Shown piece by piece: positions 1-12,890 of a stretch of DNA of 64,000 nt. Each line of letters opens with the position of its first letter. Position 1 is the stretch's first letter. Made by a program: the position numbers and the translations under genes. Origin of the DNA: Chiloscyllium plagiosum (taxonomy: Eukaryota); contig NC_057718.1 of assembly GCF_004010195.1 (NCBI RefSeq), positions 59,755,622 to 59,819,621 of the forward strand, read 5' to 3'. Below the pieces are notes generated by a model. It was not told the origin of the DNA and did no database searches. It worked only from the letters and a program-made list of their open reading frames with translations.

Positions 1-1000
1 AACTCTCACATTTTTAGGCTCTGGGCAAAGATCTTTTCCTGTCAGTACATGGCCTATGTACTTGATATCGAATATCTTTATTGAAATTTTTTTCTTGTTC
101 AGCTTCAGGTTCACCTGGTGAGCTTTGTTGGGTATTTCTGCTCCATTTTGATCCTGCTCTGCAATGGCTTCTTCTATTGTTTATCTTCATCCATAAACTA
201 GTGGATCATCGACTATGACGTCCACTCTGGGAAAATCACTAACTATCTCATGTTATCAATATTGATGCTCCTCTGGAGACTTAAAATGTCAGTAGAAGGT
301 GCAACTATCTGTAACTCCTGACTGGCATCCATAATATGGTTAGAAAGCCGTTGCTTTCATCTAGCGTCATGTACCGTGTCACCATCCATCACTTCTAGAG
401 TAGTGATGATTTTTGCCTTTGCAAGATTTGCAAAATTTCTTCAGTTGTTGCACAGGAGCTGTGAGATCTCTTTAAGACTTTATTGGATCGATACAGTCAT
501 TGCATACTCTTAGTTTTCCAGGTTGCTTTTGTTCTACCATGCTACTAACTCATTCTATAGAAGTTGCCACTTTATTCCCTTCTTTTCCAGCTCTTCTAGC
601 TTACCTTCAAGACTGGCCTTGATGGCAGCATTCCAACAATCACAAATTATTCATCACGCATTGAAGCTACTCAACCAACTTGTTTTATGGTGTAGAGTGA
701 TTCGTCAGAAACTTCAGCTGATATCTCTCCAGTGGCTAGTTCTGCCTGTTTGTTGTACTTGTTTCTGGCCAAATAATGATTTGTTTCTTGTACTGCAAAC
801 TCTGCTTTCTTCAAGCTAGGTATCTCTTTTATTTTTCCTTAGTGTAATCTCATCCATAGTATTTGCATACTGCCTTTTGTCCATGATCATTCTGACCTTT
901 TGCCTTGATCAACTCCTTTTTCAATTTATTCACAAAATATTGAATACATACTATCAAATGTTCCAGCCTCTAGGGTTCCAAAGTTTGCCTTCAAGGTTTT
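1..1000 (-). mobile_element. Decayed Ty3/Gypsy LTR-retrotransposon pol (reverse transcriptase) fragment, truncated by the window edge
   Basis: Manual minus-strand translation with stops and frameshifts gives LEELEKKGI..VSSMVEQKQPGKLRVC..IDP..LAKAKIITTL..HEIVSDFPRVDVIVDDPLVYG..HQVNLKLNKKK..IKYIGHVLT..PEPKNVR. This is the Gypsy RT motif order, including the (Y/I)xDD box. The upstream boundary is approximate. Confidence 0.8.
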
Positions 1001-4000
1001 CTGCAGTTTTTTTTGTTCTTCAGAGAGACAAAGGGTGAAATACATATTGAAAAATACACTGCCTTCCCAGTGGTGTTAAAAGTGTGGTTACTTGTAGCTG
1101 TTCTGGCTTGTTAATTAAATCTGCTGAAATCTTCTTTTTTAACCATTAAAAATTGAAAAACTGAGAATCTGTTTCATATCACCTTTCACTTCCACTGGCA
1201 CCAGGAAAGAAAAATTTGTGGTCATTATGTTTTAACCAGTGATCCAGTTGTAGCCTGCTTCTTTGTCCTTTTTTTGTTGCTTCCTTTAACTTTTTCCAGC
1301 TTTCAGCAGTTTTGAATGTTCCTGGGTTCCTTTCATATTAGCTGTACACATCTCTTCAACAATCAATTCAACTCCAGTGTGACACTGTGTTATGAGTTTG
1401 TAGGATAGCAGTTAGTTGTACTGTGACTTTAATGAACTGGCTGGAAGATAGATGACGACAGTGAGTGTACAGTATTGTGGTAGAGGTCATGTGGCTATGA
1501 CAAAGCAGGAGGCACATTAGTACAGTATTGAATTTCTATCCCAAACAATCATGGTCACAATAGTAATTTCTAATAGAACTAGTTAAAAGAAAAATAAGGC
1601 AGATTTTGTAATACTTATTTGAAAATAAAATATTCATAGGCTTCGCTAAAAATCTCTATCTAAAACACCATAAGCATTACTAGGAACTATGCTCATTTAA
1701 ATGATAACATTAAACAAAGAGTGGCATTTCTGCAGGTAAGAAGCATTATTACATACTAATGGCTACTGTTCCTCAAAGAAGTTGTAAAGAAATTGTTTTT
1801 TTTCTAGATATACATTACCAATCCTGCAAAACATAAGTGTTACTGTTCTTTTATCCAGATTTCTACTGAACAACTTCCCCTGCACTTTGAGGAAATACCT
1901 CTGCATGTAATCAACAGCAAAGGCAATTTATCGCTTTGTATTCTTTAGACGAATGATAGATATCACTAGAACATAAAGAAACTGTCAAAAATTGATATTA
2001 TTGATTTTCTGTCTTCATGATGTTTGTAATACGTCACCCAAAAGAATCTGAAGCTAAGCTGAACACCAGCAATTCAGCAGAAATTTATAATTTGAAGAAA
2101 CAATAGTGTATGTGTTCTTATGAAAAATAAAGGGGCATGAAAAGCAAAGTTATCTTGGATTACCAGGAATGTACAAGCAGCTTGACAAATGACATCAATC
2201 CACATGACTGTGGAAGTGTTTTCAAACGTCTGATCACCTGCACAGAATAAAGGCATAAATAGGATTTGCTGGCGTTTTTTTGTGAAAGGAAATGGAAGTA
2301 AAATAACTGATTTGAATCAGTTTTTGGTCGAGGCCATGTAACTGAAGACATTCTTTTGCCATGTCATTGTAGTGTAATGCATATGTAATTACGTTCAAAT
2401 ATGATATTAACATTCTGTGCTTATTGTTTTTTAATTGTGAAGTTCATTCATGAATGCAGGGCTTGTGACAGAATCAAGCAACCTTATTGACCCTGATGTC
2501 ACAAAGTATGTTCAGAAATTGTGCCGTGTTCTTTTCCTTTTATCTTTTTCTGCATTTTGGTGTTTTGTGGCATCCTGCTGCTTTTATTACATTCATGACA
2601 CCTTTGTTAATAAATCAGTGCAAAGTTAATGAAAATTGCATTCAGGCATGTCCAAAATAATTGTGTCCTTTGTCATGCTAATAAATTGAACGACATTGGT
2701 CCAATGGGTGAATGCCTGCCAATTATCATGAAGTTTTTGATAAGTGCCTGTTGCACTGCACCTATACTTTTCATCATGCAATCCATTTTATGGAAACATT
2801 TTTAGCTATTTCCATGTTAGCATTTGAATTATTATAAATGGCAATGAAGATGTAAAAATCAGCATCCATTTGACATTTACAGAAACTAAGATTATATTAC
2901 ATAAGACAATTTTCAGTGCATTTATCTCCCAAAATCTCCTTCATTGGTTCAGTGTTCATTTCTTGCTTTTCCACATCATTATGAAGTCCTTTGGATCATT
3001 TTCCTCTTTTAAAGGCATTACATAAATGAAAGTTGTTCACCTTTAGTACAGTTGATAGTACTTACAAATTTTAATAGATTTGTGTTTTAGACCTTAATCA
3101 CCAAAAGAACTTTTGATGAAATCTACATCATGTACTTGAAGTAACAGTATTTGCTGAGAAATAAAATCCATGTAGTTATTTAACCTAAATTCAGTAACTA
3201 TATAAATTCATTGTCTTTTTAAATTTCATTGCATGGAAAGAATTACAATAAAAGAACAAATACTTGGTTATTAACAACTACAATTCAATACGTTTGTTGC
3301 TGTAACTTGCAAGAACCCTAAATGAAATTGAACAGTTTGATTCTATAACACAGCTAGAAAGAATAAAAAATATAAATTATTCCTTGTTTGGTAATCGTGC
3401 CTGCAAACAGGACAGAAAAAGCAATGATTATTTTCAAAGGATAGTATTGTTGCAAATAATGCTACCAGATCTATTGTGGTATTGATAAATCACTGGCTCT
3501 GGTTCTGTTGATGTTTTTCTAATGTATACCATAGGCATGTTGAAAACAATGTGATTAACTTCTTGGGTGTTTTTTCTATGTAGCAGCAACCTGTTTAATC
3601 TGACAGATTCAAAGTATTCAATTTAGATTTGTAGCTTATTTGGAATTGTAGAGGAACTAGGCTATTTAATGTTATCATATAAATCTAGGAATTGTGTATA
3701 TGGTGAATGATTTTTCTTCATGGAATAGGAAAGAAAAATTAAATAGGACTATGAGATAATCTATTCTGTTGGAAGCACCCAGGTTTATCAGCACATTTTT
3801 TTTTATTTTTAAAGAACTTGTATTCTTTTATTACATCAAATTATCCCCAATATTATAAATTTTTATAATGCTTGTTGAAGACATTCTATCATACTTATGT
3901 TGAAGGAATACCCTATGCCGACTAAAACAGGTCTCTTATGAATCATTTAAAAAAGTAGAGCTTCTGTCATTTTAACAAGTTGGATTTAATTTTTGTATTT

Positions 4001-4729
4001 GCATTTGTAAATGTCTATTGAACAAACTACAAAAAAAGTGCAAGATAATCTGTTAAAAAAGCAATAGTAATAAAATAGTATAAATTTGTTCTTTGATGGA
4101 TTAATCCTGCTAAGTACTTTCTAAAAACTAAATTGGATTTCTTGGGTAGTAAAATTGAAATATCTGATATGCTTAAAAGAATCATGTATCAATCCACTGG
4201 AAAAAATATATACAGGATATACTGTACCTAATTTTTAGTCTTGTTATAAATATATTACAGTTTCTCAGTCCAAAAAACCTTTATTTCCTCATTGTGTTTT
4301 GTAATTTGTAGTTTCACATTTAGGAGAATGTAACAGTCGGGATAAGTGTTAATTGCAAGGTCCTTTTGACATTTTTTAAAGAAAAGAACATTTTCTTCAA
4401 CTGACATTTTCTGTGCAGTTCAATTACAGGTAATTTCTTCAAGTCATTTTCTGTCTTTCTTACAACTAAGTGCAATGGGGATACAAACGGCCGTATAAAA
4501 ATTAGATACTAGTATAACATAGGATTTTGCAGGAAGAATGACTGAATGCGAAGATGAAAATTATAAAAAAGTAAAGGTGTTTCAATCCTGAGAATTTATA
4601 ATGTGCTTTTCATGTGGTTGAAAGTCAGGTTTAGAATATTAAAAACCGCATTGCCAACATATACCTAGATTTTTTCAACTGAATAAGTAAGATTATCCAT
4701 TTTACTAAATATGGGAATGGTGTGATTAG

Positions 4730-5105
4730 AATTACAAAACCACGGAGGTATATGGTGCAGAGGAGGCCGTTTGGCTCAGCATGTCTGTACTGACTCTCCA
4801 AATGAGTATTTGAATTTGTACCACTCTCCAGCTTTTCCCCTACAACTGCACATTGTTACTTCCATTGAACTCTACCACACTTCCAGGCAATGCATTCCAG
4901 AGCCAAACTGGAATGTTGAGTGAAAACATTTATCACATTTACTACATTTACAAACCATTTTACATGTATGCCATCTCAACCCCTAGCCTTTTACGAGCAG
5001 AAAAAGAATTGATCAACTCTAGGCCTTCTTCTCTCTAAGGAGAACAATTCCAACCTCTCTCATTTCTCTTCATAACTGAAGTTTCTCATTCCTGGAATTA
5101 TTCCA
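4730..5105 (-). mobile_element. Old CR1-type LINE 3' end fragment
   Basis: Reverse complement resembles the 3' ends of better-preserved CR1 copies in the window (e.g. 38451-38900). Confidence 0.6.
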
Positions 5106-5109
5106 CAGG

Positions 5110-6045
5110 TGAGTATTGAGAGGAATAAAGGAAGTGTCCACAAGTTTCTGAAGATGGCAAGACAGTTAGACAGAGTTGTAAGGAAGCCTTATGGGATGCA
5201 TTCCTTCAAGGGTTGAGATATTGAAAACAAAAGAAGTGATAAAATGTTGGAACTACATGAGTTACTGATTACGCCATAGCTGGTGTATTATGTCCAGCTC
5301 TGGTCACCATATTACAGAAACAATATAATTGCTTTGGAGGAAGCACAGAAGAGATTTACAGGAATGTTGCCAGGACTAATCAATTTCAGCTATGGAGGAA
5401 AGATTGGAGAAGCTGTGGTTGTTTTCATAAGAACAGAGGAAGCTGAACAATAATTAATCAAAATAATGAAGGGCTTGGTAGAGTACGCATGGAAAATCAT
5501 TTCTCCTGATGGAGGGATCAATAACAGATTTAAGAGTGATTAGTAGAAGGATTGCAGAGGGTACTAGAAAATGTCATGACCCAGAGAGTGATTGGTATTT
5601 GGAATTTGCTATCTAATTTGGTGGTTGAGATGGAAATTGTCAATTGAGATGGAAAATGAACTAGGATTTAATATACCCTCCAAGGCTACAGACCAAGTGC
5701 AGAACAGTGGAGTTTGAATGATAAAAGCAAATTACTGCGGATGCTGGAATCTGAAACCAAAAGACAAAATGCTGGAAAATCTCAGGAGTTCTGGCAGCAT
5801 CTGTAAGAAGAGAAAAGAGCTGATGTTTCGAGTTTAACTGACCATTTGTCACAGCTTTGACAAAGGGTCTGTTAGACTCGAAACATCAGCTCTTTTCTCT
5901 CCTTACAGATGCTGCCAGACCTGCTGAGATTTTCCAGCATTTTCTCTTTTGGTTAGTGGAATTAGAATGGGTGGCTAGTTTGTTTAGCTGACATAAACAT
6001 GATAGGCTAAATAGCCCCCATTGTTCTGTAACTTTTCAATGGTTT
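5110..6045 (+). mobile_element. Old CR1-type LINE 3' portion (RT C-terminus and 3' UTR), interrupted by a PLE palindrome at 5721-5954
   Basis: 'ggtgtattatgtccagctctggtcaccatattacagaaac...gagatttacaggaatgttgccagg' corresponds to the CR1 LEYCVQFWSP..QRRFTRMLPG region seen at 18290-18400. Confidence 0.75.
5721..5954. mobile_element. Penelope-like terminal palindrome (fold-back mini-insertion) with a degenerate hammerhead
   Basis: Inverted arms of about 95 bp centred near 5852. The left arm has an extra about 35-nt tail. TSD agtgga(g/a)tt(t/a)gaatg at 5706-5720 and 5955-5969 (13/15). Motif agct-TTGACAA-agggtc..gactc-GAAA-CATC-agct. Confidence 0.85.
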
Positions 6046-7900
6046 TAAATCCATGCTGGCTCTTCTGTATTAATCACATTTTTCCACACAGCTACAATTC
6101 TATCCTGAATAATTATTTCTATTAAGCTCCCCACAATTGAGGTTAAACTAAATGTTCTGTAATTGCTGGGTTGATCCTTATAACCCTCCTGAACAAGGGA
6201 ATTATGTTTGCACTTCTGGAACCTCTCCTGAGTTTAGTATAACTGAACGAGTATGGCTAGTGCCTCTGCAACTTTCACTCTCGCTTCCCTTGAAATCATT
6301 AGGTGCATCTCATTTAGTCCTGGTGCATTGTCAACTCTATTTAAAGTTATCCAACACTTCCTTCACAATTTTGAATCCATCTTGTGAGAGTCTCAGCCTC
6401 TGTCACAATGACTTGGATAGCTAAAACATTTGTAATCTGTATCTGAAGCACTGTAATTTACAGGGTTATGAACCAGTTGCTGAGAAGTGCAATTAGAATG
6501 GGAAGCTAGTTTATCCAGCTGGAACAGACAGGCTGAATGGCCTGTTTGAGTCCAGCATCTTTTCTATCATTCTAGGGTTCTAAATCCATACTTGCTCTTC
6601 TAATTCAGTTATGACTCAGCCATGCTCTATGCCTGTACGTGTAAATTCCCCCTTTGGTCTCTAAATGGCCCTACTCCTCTTTAGATAATTTCTAATCAAC
6701 TTATTTGCCATAGAAGATTCTGAGATTCCTTTTCATGCTGGCCATCAGACTTTTCTCATTCTTCCTCTTTGCCTCCAATCTGTATTTTCTACCTCCCCTT
6801 TGAACCTTCTCTATTCCTTTAGGTTCTCAATTGCATTTTAAGACAACTGTCATAAACACATCTTTTCTTCGTTAATGTTTTCACAAGAAGCCCTGGATTT
6901 GTATGCCTTGCCTTTCTTTTTGAGGAAGTATATCTTAGCTGTGACCAAACCATTTCATATCTGAAGGTAGCCTCTAATTCAACTATAGTTTTTCCTATTG
7001 GCGCTTTATTGTAACCTTTCTGGCCCAGCTGTATTCTTGCTCCATTGAAACCGACTCTCCTGCTGTCACTTACTCTGGTTGGCCAGTTGTTCATTTGTCT
7101 AATCATATTAAACCTTATGATGCAATTATTACTATCTCCTAAATGTTCCACTGCCACTTGATCTGCTTATAGATTCAGAGAATCATTCAGTGCAGAAAAG
7201 GCCCTTTGGCCCATTGAGTCTATACTTACATAACTACCACTAAATTTCCTGCATTTGACCTATTTCCATACTTCATTTACTGATTTCTTACACAGCTTCC
7301 CAAATTCTGATTGCAGGACCACATCCCTCTCATTGATACCAGTGTGAACCATGCTGTTCATCCTCCCCAGAAGGACATCCTGCAACCACTGTCTGACATC
7401 ATTGACTTTGATACTACCATCCTGGAGTCAGCTCTACAGCCACAGAAATGCCTGTCTGTTCCCCGTAGGTACTGAATTTTCCATGGCAATAGCTCTTCCA
7501 GTTTTCTTTCACCAAGTTCTCATACTTCTACAACCCTGGCTCTGACTGCACTCTCTTAAAAAACCAGAGCCCCCATCAGCTTCCAAAATAGAAAACCAAT
7601 TTGTGACTGGGACTCAAGGGGACTGCTGTTTCTCTTGAACTGCCTGGCTGCTATCATTTCTCTTTCTGCCTCCATGCACTTAAGCTGTTGTGTGACCACC
7701 ACTCTGGACCTGCTATTCAGGGGGGGCTCTCAGATTTGCAGAGGTCTCACAGTGACACCATTAGTTCTGAAATCCTGAGCTATATTCTCTGCAGTAGGCA
7801 ACACTTCCTGCATGGATGGTCATCGAAGACAGTGGTATGCTTATTGACTTCCCACATATGACAGGTCAAGCATCTTACTGAACTGGGCTGCACTGCCCTA
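6046..7900 (-). mobile_element. Highly decayed CR1-type LINE (ORF2 and probable ORF1 remnants), with a short plus-strand CR1 3' end at about 6430-6582
   Basis: Minus strand includes ..SQHGF.. and endonuclease-like 'VEHLGDSNNCIIRF' (ORF 6819-7157). Confidence 0.55.
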
Positions 7901-8186
7901 TCTTAAATTTATTTCTCTTACTTTATCTTTACTTATATTTATTATCGTGGTGCTGACTTTCCATTATTCCTGGTGTTCTCAGTTAAATCCAAGTACAGCT
8001 ACTTCTTTAAAAATAATGAATTTCTCTTATTTACAGCAACTTAGAAGAAAATTCCTAATTGCTTACTAACTAATTAACTAGGACTAAGGATTAATGTACT
8101 AAGGACGTTTCAAAGTGAAAAGGTAAGAGGGTGTGTTGAAAGGAGCTGTCAGGGCATTTAAAAGTCATGCCTGAAAAATTTAACAT

Positions 8187-8616
8187 GGGGTGGCATGGTG
8201 GCTCAGTGGTTAGCACTGCTGCCTCACAGCACCAGGGGCCTGGGCTCGATTCCAGCCTCAGGTGACTGTCTGTGTGCATATTCTCCCAATATTTGCGTGG
8301 GTTTCCTCCCACAGTCCAAATATGAGCAGGTTAGGTGAATTGGCCATGCTAAATTGCCCACAGTGTCCAGGGATGTGCAGGTTAGGTGCATTAGTCAGGG
8401 GAAATGTAGAGTAATAGGGTAGGGGAATGGGTCTGGGTGGGAATCTAATCTAAACTAAATTGCCCACAGTGTCCAGGGATGTGCAGGTTAGGTGCATTAG
8501 TCAGGGAAAATGTAGAGTAATAGGGTAGGGGAATGGGTCTGGGAGGGATACTCTTCGGGGGATCAGTGTGGACCTGTTGGGCTGAATTACCTGGTTCCAC
8601 ACTGTAGGGATTCTAT
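8187..8616 (+). mobile_element. HE1-type tRNA-derived V-SINE with an internal about 89-bp tandem duplication
   Basis: A-box-like 'tggctcagtggttagcactgctgcctcacagc', B-box-like 'gctcgattcc', V-domain-like 'gtgggtttcctcccacagtccaaa', and a CR1-like 3' end. 8349-8437 is repeated at 8455-8543. Confidence 0.9.
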
Positions 8617-8824
8617 TTTAAAATGTTTGGAGCATTGAAAAATGAATGATTTCTTGCTCTTTTACTCTGCCTGTTGAATGGGTTTAAGGGTTTCTGTTAC
8701 TGGATTGCTGTATGAATGACTTCACAGACGTTCTTTATTATTGTCACGTGTCTACAATTTCTCCATTTTATTGGTATATCTCCAATTTATTGACAACTCA
8801 ATGTACTTATAGACTCTTTAATGG

Positions 8825-9850
8825 AAGACCATAGGAGCTGGTATAGGCTTACCCCGCCACTCAATAATATTATGGCTGATCTACCCCAAGCCTTAACTCC
8901 TCTTTTATGCATGTTTCCCATAATCCTCAAGTCTGCAATATCTCAAAACATTATCTACCTTCTCTTACAATACTTTCAGTGATCTGGCTTCCAAAAACCT
9001 CTGGAGTAGAGCATTCATTACTTTAACTATCCACTGAGACAAGAAATTCTTTCACATTTTCGTTTTAACTAAGTGTCTTTTTTTTGTAACTGTGTTCCTT
9101 AGTTTGAAATATCTGTATTTGTGAATGCGTCTCAACATCTAAACCAAAAACCAAAGAGGTGTGCATGATGAAAATCAGGAACAAAATCAAAAATTGCTGG
9201 AACAATTCAGCAGGTCTGGCAGCATTTGTGGAGAGAAAGCAAGTGCATTTCAGGCACAGTCACCCTTCTTCTGAACTGATTGGAGCTGGGTAAAGGTTGG
9301 TTTCTGTGCTGAAGATGGGTGATTCAGTGAAGTGCAGGTAAATTGCTGCTCCACCTGGAAGGTGTGTCTGGGGCCTTGGATAGTGAGGGGGAGGAAGTAA
9401 ATCGTAAGTGTTACACCTTCTGTGATTGCATGGGAAGGTGCCATGGGAAGATGTTGGGGACTGGAGGAGGATTGGACCATCTCAACATCTACCTTGTCAA
9501 GTTTTCTCAGAATCTTTGTATGTTTCAATAGATCACCCCTCTGTTGCGAATAAAGACCTAACCTGTTTAGAATTTCTTGATAAAACAGCTCCTTTATTCT
9601 AGAAATCGGCGTAGCCAATCTCTTTTAAACTGTCTCCAATGCCAATACATCCTTTCTTACCTATAGGGATCAAAACGAGACACAGAACTTCAGGTGTGGC
9701 CGCACCAACACACTGTATGGTTGTATCAAGACTTCCTATTTTCAAACTCAAACCCTCTAGCAATAAAGGACCAGATTCCATTTGCCTTCTTAATTATCTG
9801 CTGCATCAGCAAGATAATATATCATTCATGTATAAGAGTATTCAAATCTC
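8825..9850 (-). mobile_element. CR1-type LINE 3' portion, interrupted by a PLE fragment at 9142-9479
   Basis: Minus strand resembles RPHL(E)YCV..W..RKD..LE.V and LNRLGLYS..RGDL (ORFs 9599-9781 and 9250-9618). Confidence 0.75.
9142..9479 (-). mobile_element. Internally deleted Penelope-like element 3' fragment (pre-GIY-YIG coding piece plus terminal repeat)
   Basis: Minus translation LPLTIQGPRHTFQVEQQFTCTSLN parallels SIQGPKGAFHIHQSFICTS at 16318-16599. The terminal repeat resembles 11215-11435. Perfect 12-bp TSD tctcaacatcta at 9130-9141 and 9480-9491. Confidence 0.8.
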
Positions 9851-10859
9851 TGTCAGTGCTGCCACTCTCCGGACTCCAGACTCTGCTGCTGTCACCATTG
9901 TTGCCCCCATGACTGAGCTCTCTTCAGAAGATAAGTTAAAAGAAAATTTTAAAAAAGGACAGAAGAAAACGAGAAAAGAAGGAAAAAAATGATAAGTGGA
10001 AGGTGCCTACTCTGCCACAACAACCATCTTGTTCTCCTGTACTCTTCTTTGAACCAGGGATGATCCGCAGGCTAGATGGCAACAATAGAGTGGGGTAATA
10101 TGCCAGGCCATGAAGATATGCATTGTGATTGGATACTATTCTTTTGCTACTCATGGCCCACAGATCTCTTGGAAGCCCAGTTTTGAATTGCTATATCTCT
10201 TTGCAAACTACAGTGCCAAAGCAAAATGGAGATTATGAAGTTGCAATAGATATTTAGAACTTTATTTATTGAACTTTATTTTATCTTGTCTCTGAATGGC
10301 TTTAGAGGTCTACCCATCCAGTGAGTTGGTATGGAATGTGAAAGTGATAAGGATAATGGAAAAGAGGGCATCTGTTGGCATGAGTTAGCAGTAAGTTGGG
10401 ACAAGGGTTTTAACAGACCTTGGGGGCAAGTAAAGGTACATTTGATTGGACATGGAACGTATTAGTGAAACATTTTAGATGGATAGAGGGCAGACATAAA
10501 GGAGCATAGGCAGGTAAGGATGGGGCATGAGGAGTCTGTGTGTGTGGCTGGGAAGATGGGGTGTAAGTGGTGAGAGCTAGAAAGATGAATTTCTTTCATT
10601 CTTATTTTTTCATAAGCAGCATCAACACAGTGGCAGTACCAGTGCCAGTGCAAGGACACTTACACATGGCAGCTGCCTGCCACGTTCTGAGATCACTGGC
10701 CTACCTCCCAGAAACCCACCGCCCTGGAATGAAATTTAAACCTTTCAGGCCACTTCTTCCCAGGTCTGGTTTACAGAGCTAACAAATCCCTTCACCCTGC
10801 ACTTCCTAATATTGGAACGATGAATCAGAAAAGCAGAGTAGAAGTCAGAAATTTAGAAG

Positions 10860-12890
10860 TACATGTAACTAAGTTAATTATGGGGATTTCAATTTTCATA
10901 TAGATATTTGCAGTATTAGTGCAAAGGATGAATTCAGTGAATGTGTACAAGTTAGTTTTCTAGATCAGTACTTCAAGGAACTAATTAGGAAACTAACTAA
11001 CTATTTTAGATCCACCATTGTACGATAAGACATGATTAATTAGTAAACTCCCAGTAGAGGAATCTCTGGGGAAGAATATTCATAATATGATACAATTTTA
11101 CATAAATTTGAGAGTAATTTACTTAATTCTGAAATTAAATCTAAATAAAGCGCCCTACTTGGTATTCATGGCAAGTTGAATAAGGTAGATTGGGAAACAA
11201 TAATACAAGGTCTGGTACAAAAAAACAGATATTGCTGGAAAAAACTCATCAGGTCTGTCAGCTTCTGTGGAGAGAAATCAGAGTTAATGTTTCGGGAATT
11301 CAGAGGAAGTGTCACTCAACCTGAATCTTTAACTCTGATTTCTTGCCACAGATGCTGCTGAAACTGCTGAGCTTTTCCAGCAATTTCTGTCTTTCTTTCT
11401 GACTTACAGCATCTGCAATTCTTTTGATGTTTGCTTACAAAGTCTGATGTTAGATAGGCAATGGTAATCATTTAAATAAATAATTTTAAAGTCCCCATAA
11501 ATAAATACCTCCAAAAGAACTTTTTTAAAAATTTGGAAAAAGTGATCCAATTGTAGCTACAAAAGATGTTAAAGATGATTGTAAAATAAAGGGAGAGACT
11601 CAAAAGCTGCCAGAAAATACAATTAGCATGAAAACGGAGACAATTTTGAAATTCAGAGAAATATGTCTAAGAAATTGAAGAGAACAAAAGAATGAGCATA
11701 AGCTATTTAAAAAGATAATAAGAACTTCTACAGCTATGCAAGTTCAAACCAATCAATAAAGCTGATGAAGAAAAACAAAACTTAGAAAATAACCATATAA
11801 TTAAACTTTATGAAAGAAAAGCCACGTTTGATCAACTTCTCGTGATTTTCGAGATTATAATGACCAAAATTGAAAAGGAGGAACAATTGTCACTCCTGAG
11901 GTAAGTAGTGTAAGTCAGCAAATTTCTAATATTACAGCCCCCATCTCAGGGGAAAGTGCCTGTTCGAGGTTGGGGAGGGAGTAGTTGGCAGGTGTGGCAG
12001 GGTGATCACAGGCCCTGGAAGCAGAACGAAGGAGAGTGGAGTGCCAAGGTAACCTATTCAAGAGAACTGCCTCATTTCTCTGGTACTTCACCCCAGATGT
12101 TTCCATAGATTTTAGGTCATCCGGCCTCCGTGCCTCAGACCCTGTCACCTTCCACCCACACTTCATGGCACCTCTGTGCCAATTGTCATGCCATCCCGTT
12201 TCTCTTGACCATTCCCATGGCCCCTTAAGGGCCCCATATCAATACAATGCAATTCATGCCAGTTCTTCCAGAAAATCTTCAAATAATTAGCACTCAGTCC
12301 AGGAAACAATTAAGAAACCAAATGGGATGATGGTCTTAACTTAAAGGAATTGGAATGATTTGGAGTACAAAAGCCTTACTGCAATTATGCATGACCATTG
12401 AGGCGCTTCAATTGGACTTGTGTCTCAGGATTTGGTCTTAACTTAAGAAAGGGAGAGTGCAATGCAAGGTTCATCGACTGATTCTTGGTCTGATGAGATT
12501 GATGAATGATTACAGAATAGCATAGGAAAAATTCTTCTGAAGAATGAAATGTGATCTCCTTGAAACACAGAAAAAAACTTCAATGATTTGACAGGATTGA
12601 TGCTGGATGAATGTTTCCCAAAGCTAAAGAGTCCAGAACCAAGAGTCATAGTGTCAGAATAAAGTGCTCAGTTATTTAGACCTGAGATGAGGAAAATTTT
12701 CTTCATGTAACCAATTCAGAAGTCACTATACAGGAGGACTGTGAATGTTCAATGTTCAGGATGTTCAAGACTGAGGTTGATAAACCATTAATTATAAAGG
12801 AATCAAGGAATAGGAGAACAGTGAGGGAAGGTGAAGTTGAGGTTAAAGATCAGGCTTGATCTTACTGTCCCTTCTTGTCCTCCTACTTTT
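10860..12890 (+). mobile_element. Very old fragmented CR1-type LINE with nested insertions
   Basis: Endonuclease 'MGDFNF' (atggggatttcaattttc) and a 3' region 'tttagacctgagatgaggaaaattttcttc' similar to other CR1 copies. Confidence 0.6.
11215..11435. mobile_element. Old Penelope-like terminal palindrome
   Basis: 'attgctggaaaaaactcatcaggtctgtcagcttctgtggagagaaatcagagttaa' is inverted against 'ttaactctgatttcttgccacagatgctgctgaaactgctgagcttttccagcaat'. The right arm has an extra tail. TSD tacaa(g/a)gtctg at 11204-11214 and 11436-11446. Confidence 0.75.

Noticed and set aside
8187..8260. tRNA-like sequence (also at 53411 and 49813-50252)
   Set aside because: These are SINE heads or SINE-like units; no intact cloverleaf is evident.
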